From the NCBI GenBank assembly GCA_964247055.1, contig OZ176055.1:1240001-1304000 (forward strand): a stretch of DNA of 64,000 nt, in the 5' to 3' direction. Below, one piece after another: positions 37,101 through 49,742 of the stretch; position 1 is the first letter of the stretch; the number at the start of each line of letters is the position of its first letter. A program made the position numbers and the translations under genes. This DNA is from Paragordius varius. Taxonomy: Eukaryota > Animalia > Nematomorpha. The notes under the pieces were generated by a model. It was given only the letters and a program-made list of their open reading frames with translations. It was not told where the DNA came from and ran no database searches.

Positions 37101-40100
37101 GACTTGTGTGATATGAGGTAAAAAAGTTTTTATAAACTCTCCGCGCCCCAAATAACCAAGTATCACTGTCATCAGAAATGGTTCCATTAGTAAGACCTAT
37201 GCAATCTAGGTAGGCACATTGGGCTTCGGCTTCTTCGGGTGCAATAATGTACGGCATACCCAAAATGGTTAAGAGTTGCTATATATATAGATATAAAGAA
37301 TATTGGAAAAAAACGGTTAGTTTAGAATAGAAAAAGATTACGCAAATTATATTATATAATTCATAAAAGATTAATTATATGTCAAACAATTAATATTTTT
37401 AGTTAATAAATTTTAGTTCTTTAAAATGTTATGGCACAATTAAGGCTGATGTAGATAAACCAAAGATTTAAAACAAAAACTTTTTAGCTAACTTTGCGAT
37501 TTCAATAACTATTTCTATTAATTATCATTAAAGAGTATTTTTTATAATTGATTTAACATAAAATTTATGTTAAATCGGTTTGTTTCAAACAAAAAAAAGA
37601 AGTTCTGTTTAACCTTGTTTTATGTTTGAATAATTCGATTATTATCACAAAAATAAGATAAACACACATTCACAAACCAAATTTAATGTCAACTCCTTTG
37701 TTTTTCATTAAAAAAATAAATTGCACGCTACATTGGTTACAAAAGGCAAAAATATTTTTAAAAGGCATGTGTAACCGCATATTTGTTTATAACAATTAAT
37801 AACTGTTCTTACCAAAAAAACTAATGTTTCCAAACCCCATTTATTTAACTATGACATAGTTTAAGAAATATCAAATTTAACCTAAAACTACCTGTTAAAT
37901 AGTTTTAAATGTAACATAATTTAATTTACTTGAGTCTCTTGGTATATAATTTGATTCATAGTTTTAGCGGATCGTTCCATTTTAGCGCGTTCATGGTTAA
38001 GGGAAACCATATTATCATATCTTTCTGGCATTTCAATATTTATTCGATTCTATATGTGCAAACGCCATAAATAATAAAAATTATAAAAAAAACCACTAAA
38101 CAATTTGTGTCAATTTATTTAAGGAAAAAATAGAGAATTATATATAAAAACATTAAAAAAAATTACATATCCAGCTAAAACCAAAAAACATTTTTTACTT
38201 GAATTTTGATTAGTTGGGGATTGTCAAATAAATTTGTAGTAGATGACTTTATATTTGTGATATTATTTTCGCCAACATTAGTTTCAATCGTAGCATTTTT
38301 TGTCGCATAATTTATATTGGGAAGTAGGGGAATTTCAATAATTGTTTTGCGTTTTTCCATTGAAATATTATTCTGTTTATAAATTCGAGGCGAAAAAAAT
38401 TAAGAATATATACTTTTTTAAGTTTTTTTAATTATAAGCCCAAAGAATTAAAGGTATATTTTTAAATTAAAATGTAAAAAAAAACCTTATACCTGCTGGT
38501 GATTCCTAGTATTTTTTGTAATCGAATATTTTGGTGGATTGACTAATCTTTTTTTGGCTAATGATTTCATAAGTTTATTATGTAGCTTTGTATAATCTTT
38601 ACGTTTTGTTTGATATCGTAATTTTTTCCGCGTAGACCGTAGTGTATAAAGTGTCATTTTGATATTATTGTTCTTTTCCCTTTTTAATCTACTTTTCAAG
38701 ATATGTGTTGTGTTGGAATTCTTTGGGAGAGATATATTTGTTAAAGATTGTTTGGGAAGTTTATTTGATTGACTAGTATTATCACAGCTATATTTATCAT
38801 TAGTTAAAGGTTCATTCTTCACAAAGTGTTCAGGAATTTTAGTATAATTCTGTTGACAATTTAAACTATCCACAATGTTTTGAGTTAAAGGCTGTTGTTT
38901 AAAATCATTACCAACTTCAGACGAATCTTGTAGATTTAAAGTATTGTTTTGTATAACTTCTAACATACCCGCATCATCTATTTCATTCAAGCCAACAATA
39001 TAATTTTCGATTTTTACCTCTTGGGGTAAATTTAATGAATTGGACTTATGGGTATCATTTAAAGTTTTATCTATTGTTGTATTAGAAGTTATAATATTAG
39101 GTAATTTTTTAGAGTCTTTACGTTTAACTAAAACGTAATGCACGCGTTCATCCGAAGCCAATCTCTGTATATCGGCATCACTTAAATCAGTTAATAATTC
39201 TTGCGTTTGTTGTTTTATATCTTTAAGGCTGTTGTTAAAAAATAAGCCAGAGCTCCTGGTGTAGTAATAAAAAATTAGTTGGTTTAAAATGCATATAAAA
39301 AGAATATCCAATAGAATAAAAAATTTACAATGAAAATTTGTATACCATTTGCCAGTCAAAACCAACAGTTTTTCAAGCAAACGCAACATTTTTCCATCCA
39401 AATATATTTAAAAATGTTGCGTTTGCTTGGGAAAAAATTTGAGTTTGGTTAAAACAATGTTACGTTTGACTGAAAAATGGTATATGTATATTTATATAAT
39501 GCCATAAAGAGCAATTTTAAATCTTTTGCTAATATATACCCATGATAACCCGATTGTATGTAAATATATATATTCGTATTATGGCCCTTAAACATGCACT
39601 AAATTAGATTTGTGAAATATTTAAATTCAAAAATAAAATATATAATATTTTAGAGTTAATTGAAGGCAAAATTATTTGAAAATTTAGTTTTAACAGAACC
39701 GTTCCGACAAACCTTAAATAAATAGGATGGATTTAATGTTAAACGATTAAAACTTAAAAAACTAGGCTCTAAAAATCGGATAAATGCATAATAATTGAGA
39801 TAATGTGAAGGGGGAGCGTACCATATAAAAAATTATAGAAAACAATGAAAAGTAACCGAATCTGACGACCAGTTTTGATTGAATTCTCCGTTAATTTCGT
39901 CAAATATTCAATATTCATTTGTCGATTGAGTTTATCCAAATTTTCTGTCACCATATTGCGTTTAGCTAAACGCGACAATTGAAAATCGGAAAATGCATTC
40001 ATATCCTACACACACAAACAATCGTAAATAATATGTATAAACTCTTGAACGTAAAAAAATTTTAAATTTTAGTACATAATGAAATTATAATAAAGACAGG

Positions 40101-41458
40101 ACGACGTAAGGATAAAAATATTTTTTACAATGAGCACAAATTTTCTAATACTTAATTAAATGTGAGTATGAAAAATACAAAATTAAGTGAGTGGTAGCTA
40201 TCATATATCTAATTACTTATTTCGCAAACTCAAAACTTTAGAGGCTATGCAAAAAATTAAAACAAGAAACTTTCAAAAATAGGGGATTCTTTCAGTCGTT
40301 TTGCCTTAAATATTTTATATAATTTGATTTCACCTCTGAATACTCGACCAAATTATCAAGGGTTGGGTGTTTGTTGGAAAATTGTAAATCCTGTAAAATT
40401 TCATGTTGAATTTCTTTAGTTAACTGTTTAAATTCGTTCGTTTCAATATTTATGTGCTTGAGTTTAGCCATGTGTTTAATAGCTTTATCGATATTTTGAC
40501 GTCTAAGTTCCCAAATATCATCTAGAATGGGTAAAAATTATATTGCTAGAAATTTTTTTCTTATTAAGTTATTTACAGTGTAAGAGAAAATATGTTGCTA
40601 AAAACTAGAAACACTGTCTATTTTAAGTTGTACTGCTAAATTGACTCTGATATAAAGTAAATTTGTGACTGATTATAAACAAGAGTTTTGAGAAAAAAAT
40701 TATTTTTAGTTTTCAGTTAAAAAAACTTTTTCCCAAAAAATAGTTATAGTTTCGTGATACTTTTACAAAAACAGTTCAACGTGGATACCTGGATATAAAC
40801 ATAAAACATAGATGGGGTTATTTTAACATTAAGAAAATTAAATTGTTTTTTATTTAATAAAAAATATTTTTCAAAACGTTTAAAACTCGGTGATTCGAAA
40901 AGTTAATGTATTTTTTGATATCAAGAAATGGTTTAGCACTTTTTAAAACCTTTTATTTGGAGATTGGATGGGATATCTGGTATCTGAAAAAAATCTTTTT
41001 CGTCATGTTTGTGTAGAAATTTTGAAGATTTTTGAACCCCTGCAAATTTTTCTAAAACATCTTCGATCAAACGATTTTTGATTATTTGAATGTTAATATC
41101 ATGAATGTTTTCGGATATATCTGAACGTTTTTGTTTTCTCATATACTTAAATAAAAATAAAATTAATATACTAAAGTTTGTTTTTTGAGATATGGCGCAC
41201 TTCCATCAAACACAAAAACAGGTTTAATTTTATACAATAACAGTTTCAAAACTCGATTAAGCACTAGCTGCAAATAAGGCTTGTCATTTGAGAGTTTGGT
41301 ATTAACCGTGCCATGCAAAGCTTGATGCAACCAAATACTTATATCTGAATTTTATGAGCAAAAAATTAACCGATTGCTAAAATTTTCTCTTCTAACGATT
41401 CAGGCCTGCAGTTTATTCCGCAACTTTGAATAATCGTCCACAAATTCGTAACTCCCAT
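31158..41458 (-). CDS. ERCC5: XPG/ERCC5 structure-specific endonuclease, ~1039 aa, 13 exons
   Basis: Exons 41458-41371, 41344-41172, 41145-40950, 40521-40334, 40005-39857, 39255-38493, 38372-38199, 38049-37930, 37278-37032, 33497-33353, 32789-32329, 31910-31777, 31439-31158. [56 protein letters not shown]; PIP-like QHVIEDYF. Confidence 0.96.
31474..31739. mobile_element. Family D MITE in the last ERCC5 intron
   Basis: cggtaaaaatttaaattataaggacaag ... aactttttactg|ta; removal leaves a ~70-nt intron. Confidence 0.65.
32844..33105. mobile_element. TATA-CCATTT family A MITE (diverged)
   Basis: ccattcacaattcgaaatcacctttaaac...ttgaactgtaaatga with 21-bp units. Confidence 0.75.
33578..34357. mobile_element. 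Family D MITE interrupted by a TTAA MITE (33777-34279)
   Basis: cagtaaaaatggaatttatagggacaaaacg left arm and agtccgtataatttcaatttttactg|ta right arm; inner element flanked by TTAA on both sides. Confidence 0.75.
35115..36130. repeat. Pair of diverged ~250-bp inverted repeat copies (35115-35370 and 35865-36130)
   Basis: Shared blocks include gtaaagggttgaaatga..atatactg.gtgggc.ctttt and gaagtgattat.ccat in opposite orientation. Confidence 0.7.
35550..36660 (+). mobile_element. Non-LTR retrotransposon (RTE-like) reverse-transcriptase relic, interrupted
   Basis: Plus-strand fragments [28 protein letters not shown] and [14 protein letters not shown], typical LINE RT motifs, with stops and frameshifts. 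Confidence 0.8.
41146..41171 (-). other. Ultra-short intron, 26 nt (ERCC5 intron 2)
   Basis: gtatattaattttatttttatttaag after KKQTL; unspliced frame hits TAA. Confidence 0.9.
41345..41370 (-). other. Ultra-short intron, 26 nt (ERCC5 intron 1)
   Basis: gttaattttttgctcataaaattcag splits the catalytic-motif Asp codon of LAI-D-ISIW (G|AT); length is not a multiple of 3, so removal is obligatory. Confidence 0.93.
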
Positions 41459-42139
41459 GTCATATTGATTTAAATTCCATGAATGCAAAAATACAATATG
41501 TATATAATATAAAATAAATAAATATACACCTAAAAAAATATACTGTAAATATCATTGCAAATATATTAGGATAGATCAATGTTTTAGGATTCTTGTACTT
41601 TTTGTTTTATCCTCGAGTGATATAAGGAAATTATTATCATTTTTGTAGAAAATCCTCCATAGAAGAAATCGGCCAAATTTCCACATAAATTGCTAAATAA
41701 ATATTTTTTGGGGAGAACTGAATGCTTTATCCCAAGATAACGCATAACAATATTTTAATAAAATTTTTTTTTGGATGTCGGTCCGAAAGTCTTATTTGCC
41801 CCCGTAAAATAAGCTAGCTCTATTCAAATAAACACGATTTCTGATAATAAGCGATAATAATTTTAACTATGTTGACACTATTAAATATTTCTTGAAAAAT
41901 ACAAATACTAAATTTAATTTGTGAACTGGGTTTTAATCTATTTCTAACCATGGCTAAAACGGTATAAAACAACCTTAAATTAAAAAAGACTTTTTCTAGA
42001 CATAATGTTCATAAAAAATATCATGATTAAATATAAATATTGATAAAGATATATATCAGGATTATCAAGATATTTTTAGTTTTAGCCCTTACGAGTGATT
42101 TGAGTAAGTGTCACTTTTGTGTTAAATGTTTTACAAAAG

Positions 42140-43545
42140 AAAATGGAAAAATTTTCGAAATATTTTTTAAATAATTTTTATTTTGGTGAGAATTATCTGC
42201 TTCGTCCAAAAAAAACTAAAAAATAATACTTTACACTATATATAAAAAGCAAAACAATTTTTAGTAAATTCAATTTTTAGATGTGGCCTCCGAAAGTTCC
42301 AAATTTTTGGACCTGTTTAAAATGAAGGTTAAAAAACGCAAAGATACGACACTATAAAATTTTAATAATCCATGACCTTTTAAGGTGTTTTTATTTCCAG
42401 AGCGATTGGAATTTTTAATATTATAAAAATTTAAGGTAATAGGCCGAGTTTAAAAGTATGTTTTCCTTAGCCATTAAGGCCGCATTTTCGAAAATACTCT
42501 ATTCAAATGTTGTAAAATCGTCATCTCAAATTTTTTGGCAGCCATTTTTTCTTTAAATTTTTCCTAATGCAGCAAGAACATAGATATTATGGTTAATAAA
42601 TATAAAAAATTATTTTTAAAAAGTTTTCAGGCCACATTTTACCTACTAAAGCTTGATATATTTTAATTTAAGTATCAGCTGTTCCTTTCAACGTGTTTTG
42701 AAGCTGTCCCAATTATATACGCTAGAAGTCTCAAAATTGTAAAAAATGTATTTTTTATAATATAAATTTTAATTACTAAAATAACATTCCAAACAGTAGT
42801 TTATTTCCAAAATTGAGCTTTGGGACATAAAACTACCAATATGTTACCAGGACATCAAAAGCAATAGCTTAAGTGTTAAATTCCTTTTTGGTATCAACTA
42901 AATTTTTTTAACATACCTCTATCAAAAAATTTATTTAAATCAAAATATCGTAAGCGTACCTCCTATTGTTTTTTGGCATAATTGAAACGGTATATAAACG
43001 CTTTGAGGTCATATAAAAACACTTTCTATATAATTCGATGATGCTGAACATTTCTATCTCATAATTTGGATGAAATTATTAGTTCTTAGTCAAATATTTG
43101 TATATGTATTTTCACAAAAATTCATCACGAAGGCCAAGCAAACAAAGCGATATTCAGCAATTATCTTGAAAAAGTGTGTTTATAATATCTTATAGATCAT
43201 ATACCGTTTCCATCTTGCTTAAATAGTATAGTACGCTTCAATAATATTTGCTAAAAGTTTTGAAAAGTATGCACTTTTAAAAAAAAAATATTTATAGTTG
43301 ATACCAAATTTAGCATTTATTTGTTTTTTTATCGCCTCGTCATTTTTAGTTATATTTTATACAAACCTAGCCCATTTTAGAAGAGCGAAAAGATTTGCGA
43401 CTTACGGAGCCCACATCTAAAAATTAAAAATTCATAATATTGTTTTACTTTTCATAGTTTTATATTTTAGTATTTTTTTTGAAATGAAGCATTTAGCCAC
43501 GAAAAAAATATTGTTTAACAAAATATGCTCAAATTTTTCCATTTT
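42140..43545. repeat. Old inverted repeat (arms ~42140-42320 and ~43390-43545) enclosing other decayed repeats
   Basis: aatttttagatgtggcctccgaaagt vs reverse complement aatttttagatgtgggctccgtaagt, with flanking similarity. Interior ~42960-43100 resembles ~25110-25230. Confidence 0.55.
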
Positions 43546-43910
43546 ACGATATGGAGTAATTACTACAAAAATAATTAAAACTTTATTAATTCACTCGTAT
43601 AGCCCAAACCAAAAGCACGATAATCTTAATACATTTTCCCATCAGAATATATATTTATATTATCGGGTTTATTATACCGCTCGGTTTTGTACGCAGTGTT
43701 ATCTGCCTTAGGACACGAATTTTTTTTTAAGAGTACCATTGATCACTAACAGCAACATTAATAGTAGTTATTTTAGGAAATTCCAATGCCAAAAAATTAT
43801 TATATCAGTCAAAATAATACGATTTTTTTAATGAATATGTTATCAATAGTAAACAGTAATACGGATGCAATATTTATTCTATTGTAAAAGCAAAATTGAT
43901 ATGCTTGAAA

Positions 43911-45797
43911 TTAACATTGTGCTAAATTGACATATATTCGGTGGGATATAGCTTCAGTAGAGGCTGGTCTATTATGTACAATGGGTGACAATATCACTTC
44001 ATATTCGGAATTTGGATCCACGTTTGAAAATTCATATGAGGTTGCGTTAATCTAAAAATACAGTATGAATATATACAGATAAATCGCAAAAAAACATATT
44101 TTTTTTAAAAAAAACAGACATATATTGTAAACTCAGGAAGAGTGATGTTAATTTATTTACAACCCAATTATATGTATGCATTTTAATGGTTGCTTATATC
44201 ACACTATAGTTAGGCAATATGCATCCACGGTAGTTTATGAAAAAAGGAGCAAAAAATTATTTATACATTTTTTGTTTTTTCGATCCACTACTTTGTTGCG
44301 AATTGCTCAACTAGAGTGTGAAATAAAATGCATACTGTATTTAAAAATTTTAACTATATATTTCTGTAGAAAAATCAAGCAAGTTTATAAAGTTGGATGC
44401 CTTTTTTACAAAAATATATTTATTTGTCTTTTATTTTCAATACGTTTTATGAGTATTATTTCCATTTTAAATATAATATGACCACTAGATATTAAGCTTT
44501 TTTTAACACACTACCTAGAATATATATATACTAACTTCGATAACGACATTTTTGGTTTCACCTTGCTCGTTAGTTTTACTCAGTGAGATAAGTAGCTGTC
44601 TATTATATTCTGTCAAAATTTTGGATGTTGGAGTCTTAAAATAGACAACAAGATTTTTTTGATCGCTTGAAAGTTGTTTCGAGCTTAGCCCAGTAATATT
44701 GAAAAAGTTTTTGGAAAGATCTATAAAGAATTATAGATTATAATAATAATTAGACAAAACAAAGATACCATATGTTTGCAATTGATTTTTCCCATGTTCA
44801 TCCGTGGACACTAATTATTTAATATGCAACAGATATATTTAAGAACGAAAAAATAATAATTATAAAAACGGGAAAGACATACCATTAAAACGCAAATAAG
44901 CTGTGTGCGATCCTTTAATACCACTTTTACGGTCAGGGAAAACTTTAAGCATATACTCCTGATTTTGTTCCAAATTTTCCATTACAAATTCTGTGGCCTA
45001 ACAAACAAAAATCATTTAAAAAACATAACCGGTCGATTTTAATAGCAACCGTAACCATTTAGTATAACTATTTTCAACTATGAAAATAATGCAAAACAAA
45101 CACCTTTAAAACCATATTTTTACTGCAACAGCGATAACTTTAGAAATAATGTTTTTTTTATAGCGTAAACAATTATTTTGGAATCAGTAAAGAATAATTT
45201 AAGTTTAAGAATATTGTGGTCTACGCATGCAATCTTCTACCAAAAAATTGGAAATCACTTTTTTTTGAAACTGAAATTTGAGCTCTCGACCCCACGCCTT
45301 TTATTATGAATATTTAATTAACAAACCAAGAAAGTTTTAACTTTACACTCTGAAAGCTAAATATTGAAAAACTTACATTATTAACATATTTGGTTACATG
45401 GTCAACAGTTTCATTCAAATGTGTTGCATTGACATAAGACCAAAGTTGATAGGCATAGAATTTCGTTTTGTTGATAACTGGTTCTACGAAAGAGGCCTTA
45501 ACTGAATATAATTTCGAATTATTAGCATGAAATAGACTAACACTGAGGTTTTGTACGCCAGCTTCCGCTATCGGTAAAATTTGACATTCTGCATGTGTGA
45601 GTAAGAAAACATTTTGTATAAAATTTTTTATAAAAAATGTATATTTTTCATAATATTATTTTACAGTTTCTAGTATATAAATGATGTAAATTATAAATAC
45701 TTAATACTGGGCTCTTTGAATCATGCTCATGCATTAGGTAACCAGATGAAAAGCCCAAACAAACGATGAGAATTAAACTTGATGAAGTAATAATCAT
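43911..45797 (-). CDS. Secreted protein with two fibronectin type III-like domains, ~242 aa, 5 exons
   Basis: Exons 45797-45701, 45588-45398, 44997-44883, 44720-44536, 44051-43911 in compatible phases; signal-like LILIVCLGFSSG; FN3 signatures FVMENLEQNQEYMLKVFP and YEFSNVDPNSEYEVILSP. Confidence 0.8.
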
Positions 45798-46958
45798 TTT
45801 AGAGAATCTAAAAAGTAATTGTAAAAAATAAAAATGTAACATCACAAGTCCTGCCTTTAAATACTACCTTACAAAGTTAATTTCCGGAGAAACGCTTATT
45901 TTTTTATAAAAAATTTATATGTATAATAATATAACAAAATACAGGAGGGTTGTTATTGTTTTTTGATTTCTACACTCCTTTCTATTCAAATGAATATATC
46001 TCACGATTTCTGAGATGCTGACTTACACCTTTTTTCGCACCTACAATCTATAAGCAATCAAATATATATCTATCCTATTATATTTATCATCAATATAACT
46101 CATTATGAACAATAATAAATTTTAGGCAGCCCTCCCCTTCATTTCACTAATAAAAACGATAAACAGGAAAAAAATGCTGATTTGGTTTTAGACTATAGAG
46201 CTCCTATCAATAATATGTTTACATTTTATATATAAATATAATAGGAATCCATTTAGTATTGTTATATTGTTATGATCGAAAATCAAATATAATAGAGTAT
46301 TAATCAATGTATATTAGTATTTGCCTTATCCGATATACCTGGTTTTATCAACATTTCGATAATATTTGGGTAAATGGATACCCTAAATTTCTAATCCTTT
46401 CAAAGCGGCGGGTTCCAATTTAAAAAATTTATGCTTTTATCTTGATAATATAAGTGAAAACTAAAATTTAGCTTTGTGAATAAATTCCATATTAAACTAC
46501 TTCGGCACCATTTTTATTTAACTACTTTTTAGCGAAAAATCATGTTTTTTAGTTTCACAAGCTAACGGTTAAGATGTATATCAGATTTAATTATGCAAAA
46601 AAAGGAGAGCTGAAAAAAACTGTGTATATATCTTATAACCTGATGACGAGTCCAAAATTTAGATAGCTTCCAAATTTTCTTGTAAATTTAATTTAAAGCA
46701 GTCTTAAATTATTTATTAACCTTTTTTAACCATAAAATATATTTATTTTTCTGTTGCTAATAAATTCAAAAAAATGTCAAATAAAAAGTTGGAGATGAGA
46801 ATTTTTATTATTTAAAATTTTTTCCGAAATTGTGCATGCGCCTACGAAGCTAAATAAAACCTATTATGAAATTTAGCCCAATATACTTTTCTATACACAA
46901 ATTTTACAAACCAACCTAAAAAGTGGTAAGCTGTTAATAGTAATCCATCCTATGTATA

Positions 46959-47227
46959 CCATTTACAATACAAGTTCATTCTTGAAGTTCACCCTTGAAC
47001 AACACAAATTCACCCAAAAAATAAATTGTGTTTTCGGGCTAATATAACTCATCATTAATGAGCAATATATTCATATGGCATAGTTTTTTTCAGTATCATA
47101 TTAATTTTAAACAAAATTTCATTTTTTAAAAATATAAAAAAATATAGGTAATTTTAATCATAAAAAACACATAATTTGTTTTAGTTAGGGTGTTGAATGT
47201 TCGAGGGTGAATTTTAACTGTAAATTG
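46959..47227. mobile_element. TATA-CCATTT family A MITE
   Basis: tata|ccatttacaatacaagttc...gggtgaattttaactgtaaattg|tata. Confidence 0.8.
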
Positions 47228-47457
47228 TATATTTAAATCAATAAATATTTTTATTTTTATTATTGTAACTGGTAAAATATATTTTCTCATGAATTATTCC
47301 ATATCCGAGGAAAAAATGCGTTTGACTCACCTAAACATATAAACAGCTGAATGCGTGATGTGGGCACCGACTGACTCATTTATAAGATCTTTATAAAATG
47401 GGCTGGTTTCTGAAATTAGGCCAAAATTGCGCATAATTTTTAATGTGTGCTAGATAA

Positions 47458-48588
47458 CACTAGTCGACAAATTTGGACATTTTTAAGCACCACCACTTAT
47501 ACTTTTTAAATTATGACTAATTTCAGTGTTTTAAAACCGAATTTGAAAAAAATTTTGATCCCGCCAATCAGAATTTTGAAATTTTATAGGTTTTTCAATT
47601 TTCCAAAAACAAGAGAAAATCGAGAGAAAATTAAATATAACTTTATAATAAAATGTTATTATATTATAAACTTAATATCATTTAATAAAGCGTTTTAAAC
47701 TCTATCTTTTGAATGTAAATATGTCATTAATATCAGAGAGAAAAAAATAGTACGGACTTAAACGTCAAAATTTAGTCTTTTTTTCAAGTGAATTTTAACA
47801 CATATAAATTTTTTTCAAAAAAATACTAAAAAAGGCATTCTATGGTTTAAACTTTCGGCTTTCGGATAGACTATATTTTTTTGTTAGATTTCGTTCTTTC
47901 GAGTACTTATTAGACTTTTTCTCTTGAGTTGGTTCTTATAAAATATCTTTTATTTATACCTAGTGGATATACCTTATTTTTTTAAATTTTTGGTTTTGTA
48001 TTTTGAATTTCAGATGGATGTTGTGTAGCCACTTTTAGTAGAATTTACTGTTATGGGGTTGGACCATTTGTATTTACCTAATTTATATTCAATTTAATTG
48101 TAGAATTTATCAAACTTCATTCTGTAAATTGGTTAATTTGACATGTCAATTTGCCACGATTTTGCTTGCAAGTCTCTCTTATCGGACTTTACGATTACTT
48201 ATTGTTACCTTTGCCATATCTGGCATAATTATAGGATCGCTTGGGGGATATGCAGAGCTTGTGCAGCCGCCCATATCTACCACACTATACATAAGCCCCT
48301 TTTAGATTTTAATACTTTGGCTCTTAACTTGTTTAGTATCTTATTTAATGCCTAGAATTTGTTATCCCTGCATGGAATATTACTTATATCGACTTGCTTG
48401 TTTGAATATTTAAACATATGTACACGAGGAATGATTGTTATTTTTGAATTAAATACAAATTTAACATTTAAATTTTGGAAAAATCCTATTGGTGGCCTCA
48501 ATTTTCTTTTTTGTTTTGGCCTTTACATGCCATTAGGTATCAGAAAATGCAAAAATAATGGGGTGGTGCAAAACCTTGTTGAGCAGTG
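47458..48588. mobile_element. Second (inverted) copy of the CACT..AGTG element with TAA TSD
   Basis: taa|cactagtcgacaa ... ttgttgagcagtg|taa; colinear with 26213-27335. Confidence 0.88.
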
Positions 48589-49406
48589 TAATAATCTCAA
48601 AATATGGTATTGTTGAAAAATGATAACTTTGCTTAAAATTTAATTTTAGCAATACATTGTTGATGATTTTATGGTATTTTGAAGCATAATAGAAATGATT
48701 TAAAAACTCTTAAGATATATATTAACAGTTTTAAGAATTTTTACATTAAAATATTGAATTTGCTCGTCTAATTATATACAATTATAAATTCAATTATATT
48801 AAAATATCTAAATTTAAAATGATTTTAAATTAAATTCTAAGGTCGTAGCAAGCTTCAAAAGCAACGAATTCCAGAGAAAAAGTAGTTTTATAAAGATTAC
48901 AATTTTTATATTCATTAAGCTTCATATTATAAAATAAGCATACGTGTATTTAAATCACTTTTTATATCTACATACAGTAAAAATGAGAGCAATGTTTGAA
49001 CTCCTAAGCCCATTTATAGCCTGTTGAGTACAAAAGTTTATACATTTCAGGCTTCCATCCAAAATTAAAACAGTAATTCTGTTTTAAAAGCATATTTAAA
49101 ACATGTTTTTATAATTATTTCTGAGATAAAGTAATAAAATCTTAAGGTGCGCTAAATTTTTTTCCATATATTTTAAATAAATATATATAGATATATCACT
49201 TATATGACTTCGTAAGCCTGATATATGTCAATATACATATTTTAACCGGATTACTAACCCTTTTTGGGTGTGTTAAGCAATGATGACAAAAATAATTGTA
49301 AAATTAATTTGCCTAAATAAAAACCTATCAATGTTTTACCCAATTTGCCTTTTAACATTTATCTTTAATGTTTTAAAATTTATTTCATGCTATGTTCAAG
49401 TTTATA

Positions 49407-49667
49407 TAGAGGGTCCAATATGCTACACGCAAGCCGCATGCGGCCCTCCAGAATATATCTTCATAAATCTGAGATCAATGATTTTAAACGAATATTAACC
49501 TTTTCCGAATTTCGGCAATAAATTAGGCAAATATTGTTAAAATTAATAGTAGTTTGTCTTATGTAAATTTACTTAAATACTTGTATTGCCCATAAATTTA
49601 AAAATGGGTCACGATTTTTTCCATCTTAAAATGCGACCCGCGAAGCCATTTGTGTTGGACACCTCTG
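49407..49667. mobile_element. hAT-like MITE
   Basis: tagagggtccaa...ttggacacctctg termini with gcggccc/gcgacccgcg subterminal motifs. Confidence 0.55.
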
Positions 49668-49742
49668 TTTTATATTAAATGTAAAAATGTAAAAAAATTT
49701 AAATTATTTATTAAAAATAAAAATATTGACATTAACAAAAAA

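Noticed and set aside
40215-40333. Possible extra ERCC5 micro-exons separated by 29- and 26-nt GT-AG stretches
   Set aside because: Direct phase-0 splicing 40334 to 40005 gives EYSE|[10 protein letters not shown], matching human MPE|ESDDFSQYQL; the extra path ends in an incompatible phase.
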